Below, in pieces: positions 34,194 to 35,368 of a stretch of DNA of 35,368 nucleotides. The stretch lies in NCBI GenBank assembly GCA_010093605.1, contig MU004182.1, positions 1,831,032 to 1,866,399 on the forward strand, written 5' to 3'. The DNA is from Lophium mytilinum. Taxonomy: Eukaryota. The position numbers and the translations under genes were made by a program. Every line of letters starts with the position of its first letter. Position 1 is the stretch's first letter. A model generated the notes under the pieces. The model had not been told where the DNA came from. It saw only the letters and a list, made by a program, of their open reading frames with translations, and did no database searches.

Positions 34194-35200
34194 CTAATTA
34201 TAGATAGAGATAGGTAGCAACTTATAATATAGATAACTAAATTAACTATAGGCTTCTTGCTAATAATTAGTATCTTCTTTTTCTTAGCTTAAATGTATTA
34301 AACTATGCTCCTAATCTTCTTTAGCTTCCCTAAATTAGCTAGTAGGTTAGTATACTATTTAGTAAGGGTACTCTCTAAGTCTATATAATCTATCTAGCCT
34401 GCATTTTTAATATCTTCTAGAGTAAAGGTTAGATTACTTATTAAGCTAAGCTCTTTCTATTGCGTTTTTAACTTAGCTAGCCCAGGAATTAATATAAAAA
34501 TCTAGGGCAGCCTTCTCTTACCTAAGCCTATTAGAAAGGCGCCTAGGCTAAAGAAAGGCGGCGGCTTATTAATTACTACTCTATATCTTAGCTATTTTTT
34601 ATACTCTTCTTTAAGGTCTATATATCTCTCTCTAATAACTATATAGTACTCCTTAATAAAGGGTTTAAAGTAGTTAGGTATACTAACTATTACCTACTAT
34701 ATAATATAGAGCGGTATATCCCCTAAGAAAAGGCTATCTAGACTAAGACTTATTAGTATTCTATAGATACTTATAGCTATAATTATATCTAACACTCTCT
34801 AGAGACGCCTAGATAATTTAGAATTATTTTATAGTTACTACTCTTTCTCTATTTTTAAGGTAAGATAGTAACCTCTAGCCCCTATAAGGTCTCCTTAATT
34901 AATATATTAGAGGGTAGGGCCTTAATAAAGAATATTAAACTTATCCCCTTTATCTATATTCTCTTCTTCTAACTTCTTATCTAGAAGAGTATTATCTAGG
35001 TTATCTTTAATATTAGCGTTTAAGTTAGTTAGGTCCGCTATTTAAGTTAGCATTTATAAACCTCTATATAGTATAACTATTAAATATAATAGAGTTTTAG
35101 GGCCGTAGAGAAAAGAAGTCCCGCTATAGAATAAGCCTCCGGGGCAGCTATATAGATTAGTAGCCTTATTAAACCCTTCTAAGTTCTAGCCCTAATAAAC
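34194..35200 (-). pseudogene. RIP-inactivated SNF2-like (SF2) helicase relic
   Basis: Minus frame reads LFYSGTSF..GP..L (motif III-like SGT[P], 35125-35114). A later single frame gives LTFTLEDIKNAG(W)..LLAN(S)GKL.EI..IV..I.AKKEK.LII S.KP.V.LVIY, matching the SGKL...EKVLIFS entry to the SNF2 helicase C lobe (34333-34240). Confidence 0.55.
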
Positions 35201-35368
35201 CTAATTAAGCGTATAGTTAATATTTACCTATTTATATATAGTTAGGTAGAATATATACTAATACTATATAGACTTAATATAGCTAAAAGCTATAATATAT
35301 AAAGATATATTATTAAATTCTAGGTAGAACTTATTAAAAAAAACAGCCCTATATATATATATAGGGGT

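Larger units (their letters stand above)
24850..35368. repeat. RIP-mutated AT-rich block of degenerate, probably nested, repeats/transposons
   Basis: Abrupt change to very AT-rich DNA with excess TpA, scarce CpA/TpG, many TAG/TAA stops and no ORF of 60 aa or more over ~9.6 kb of called sequence. This is the known signature of Repeat-Induced Point mutation. Confidence 0.92.

Noticed and set aside
35346..35365. Palindrome CCCTATATATATATATAGGG at the window end
   Set aside because: A TA microsatellite is self-complementary and expected in RIPped DNA.
1..35368. CRISPR arrays, rRNA genes, telomeric repeats, intact transposase or Starship captain gene
   Set aside because: No repeat-spacer array, rRNA signature, TTAGGG array or intact recombinase/transposase ORF was seen.

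Overview
Filamentous-ascomycete (Pezizomycotina-type) genomic DNA, judged from short GT-AG introns with CTRAC branch points and a RIP-mutated AT-rich block. The gene-rich part (1 to ~24.8 kb) holds: a head-to-head pair of intronless paralogous F-box/LRR-like genes; a ~270-nt highly base-paired candidate ncRNA on the minus strand (4173-4443) with a perfect tRNA T-arm/B-box and an oligo-T terminator but no canonical cloverleaf; a 4-exon His/Pro/Thr-rich small secreted protein that the ORF track misses; a 6-exon ~1789-aa DEAH-box RNA helicase with dsRBD-like segments and an unexpected SAM domain; a CYP52-like P450; a TRI12-like MFS efflux pump; and a disrupted third F-box gene. From ~24.85 kb to the end the sequence is a heavily RIP-mutated repeat block with an 867-nt N gap. 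In it a gag-like relic, a possible pogo/Tc1 fragment and a SNF2-like helicase relic can still be read. All calls come from manual motif reading and hand folding; no database searches were run.
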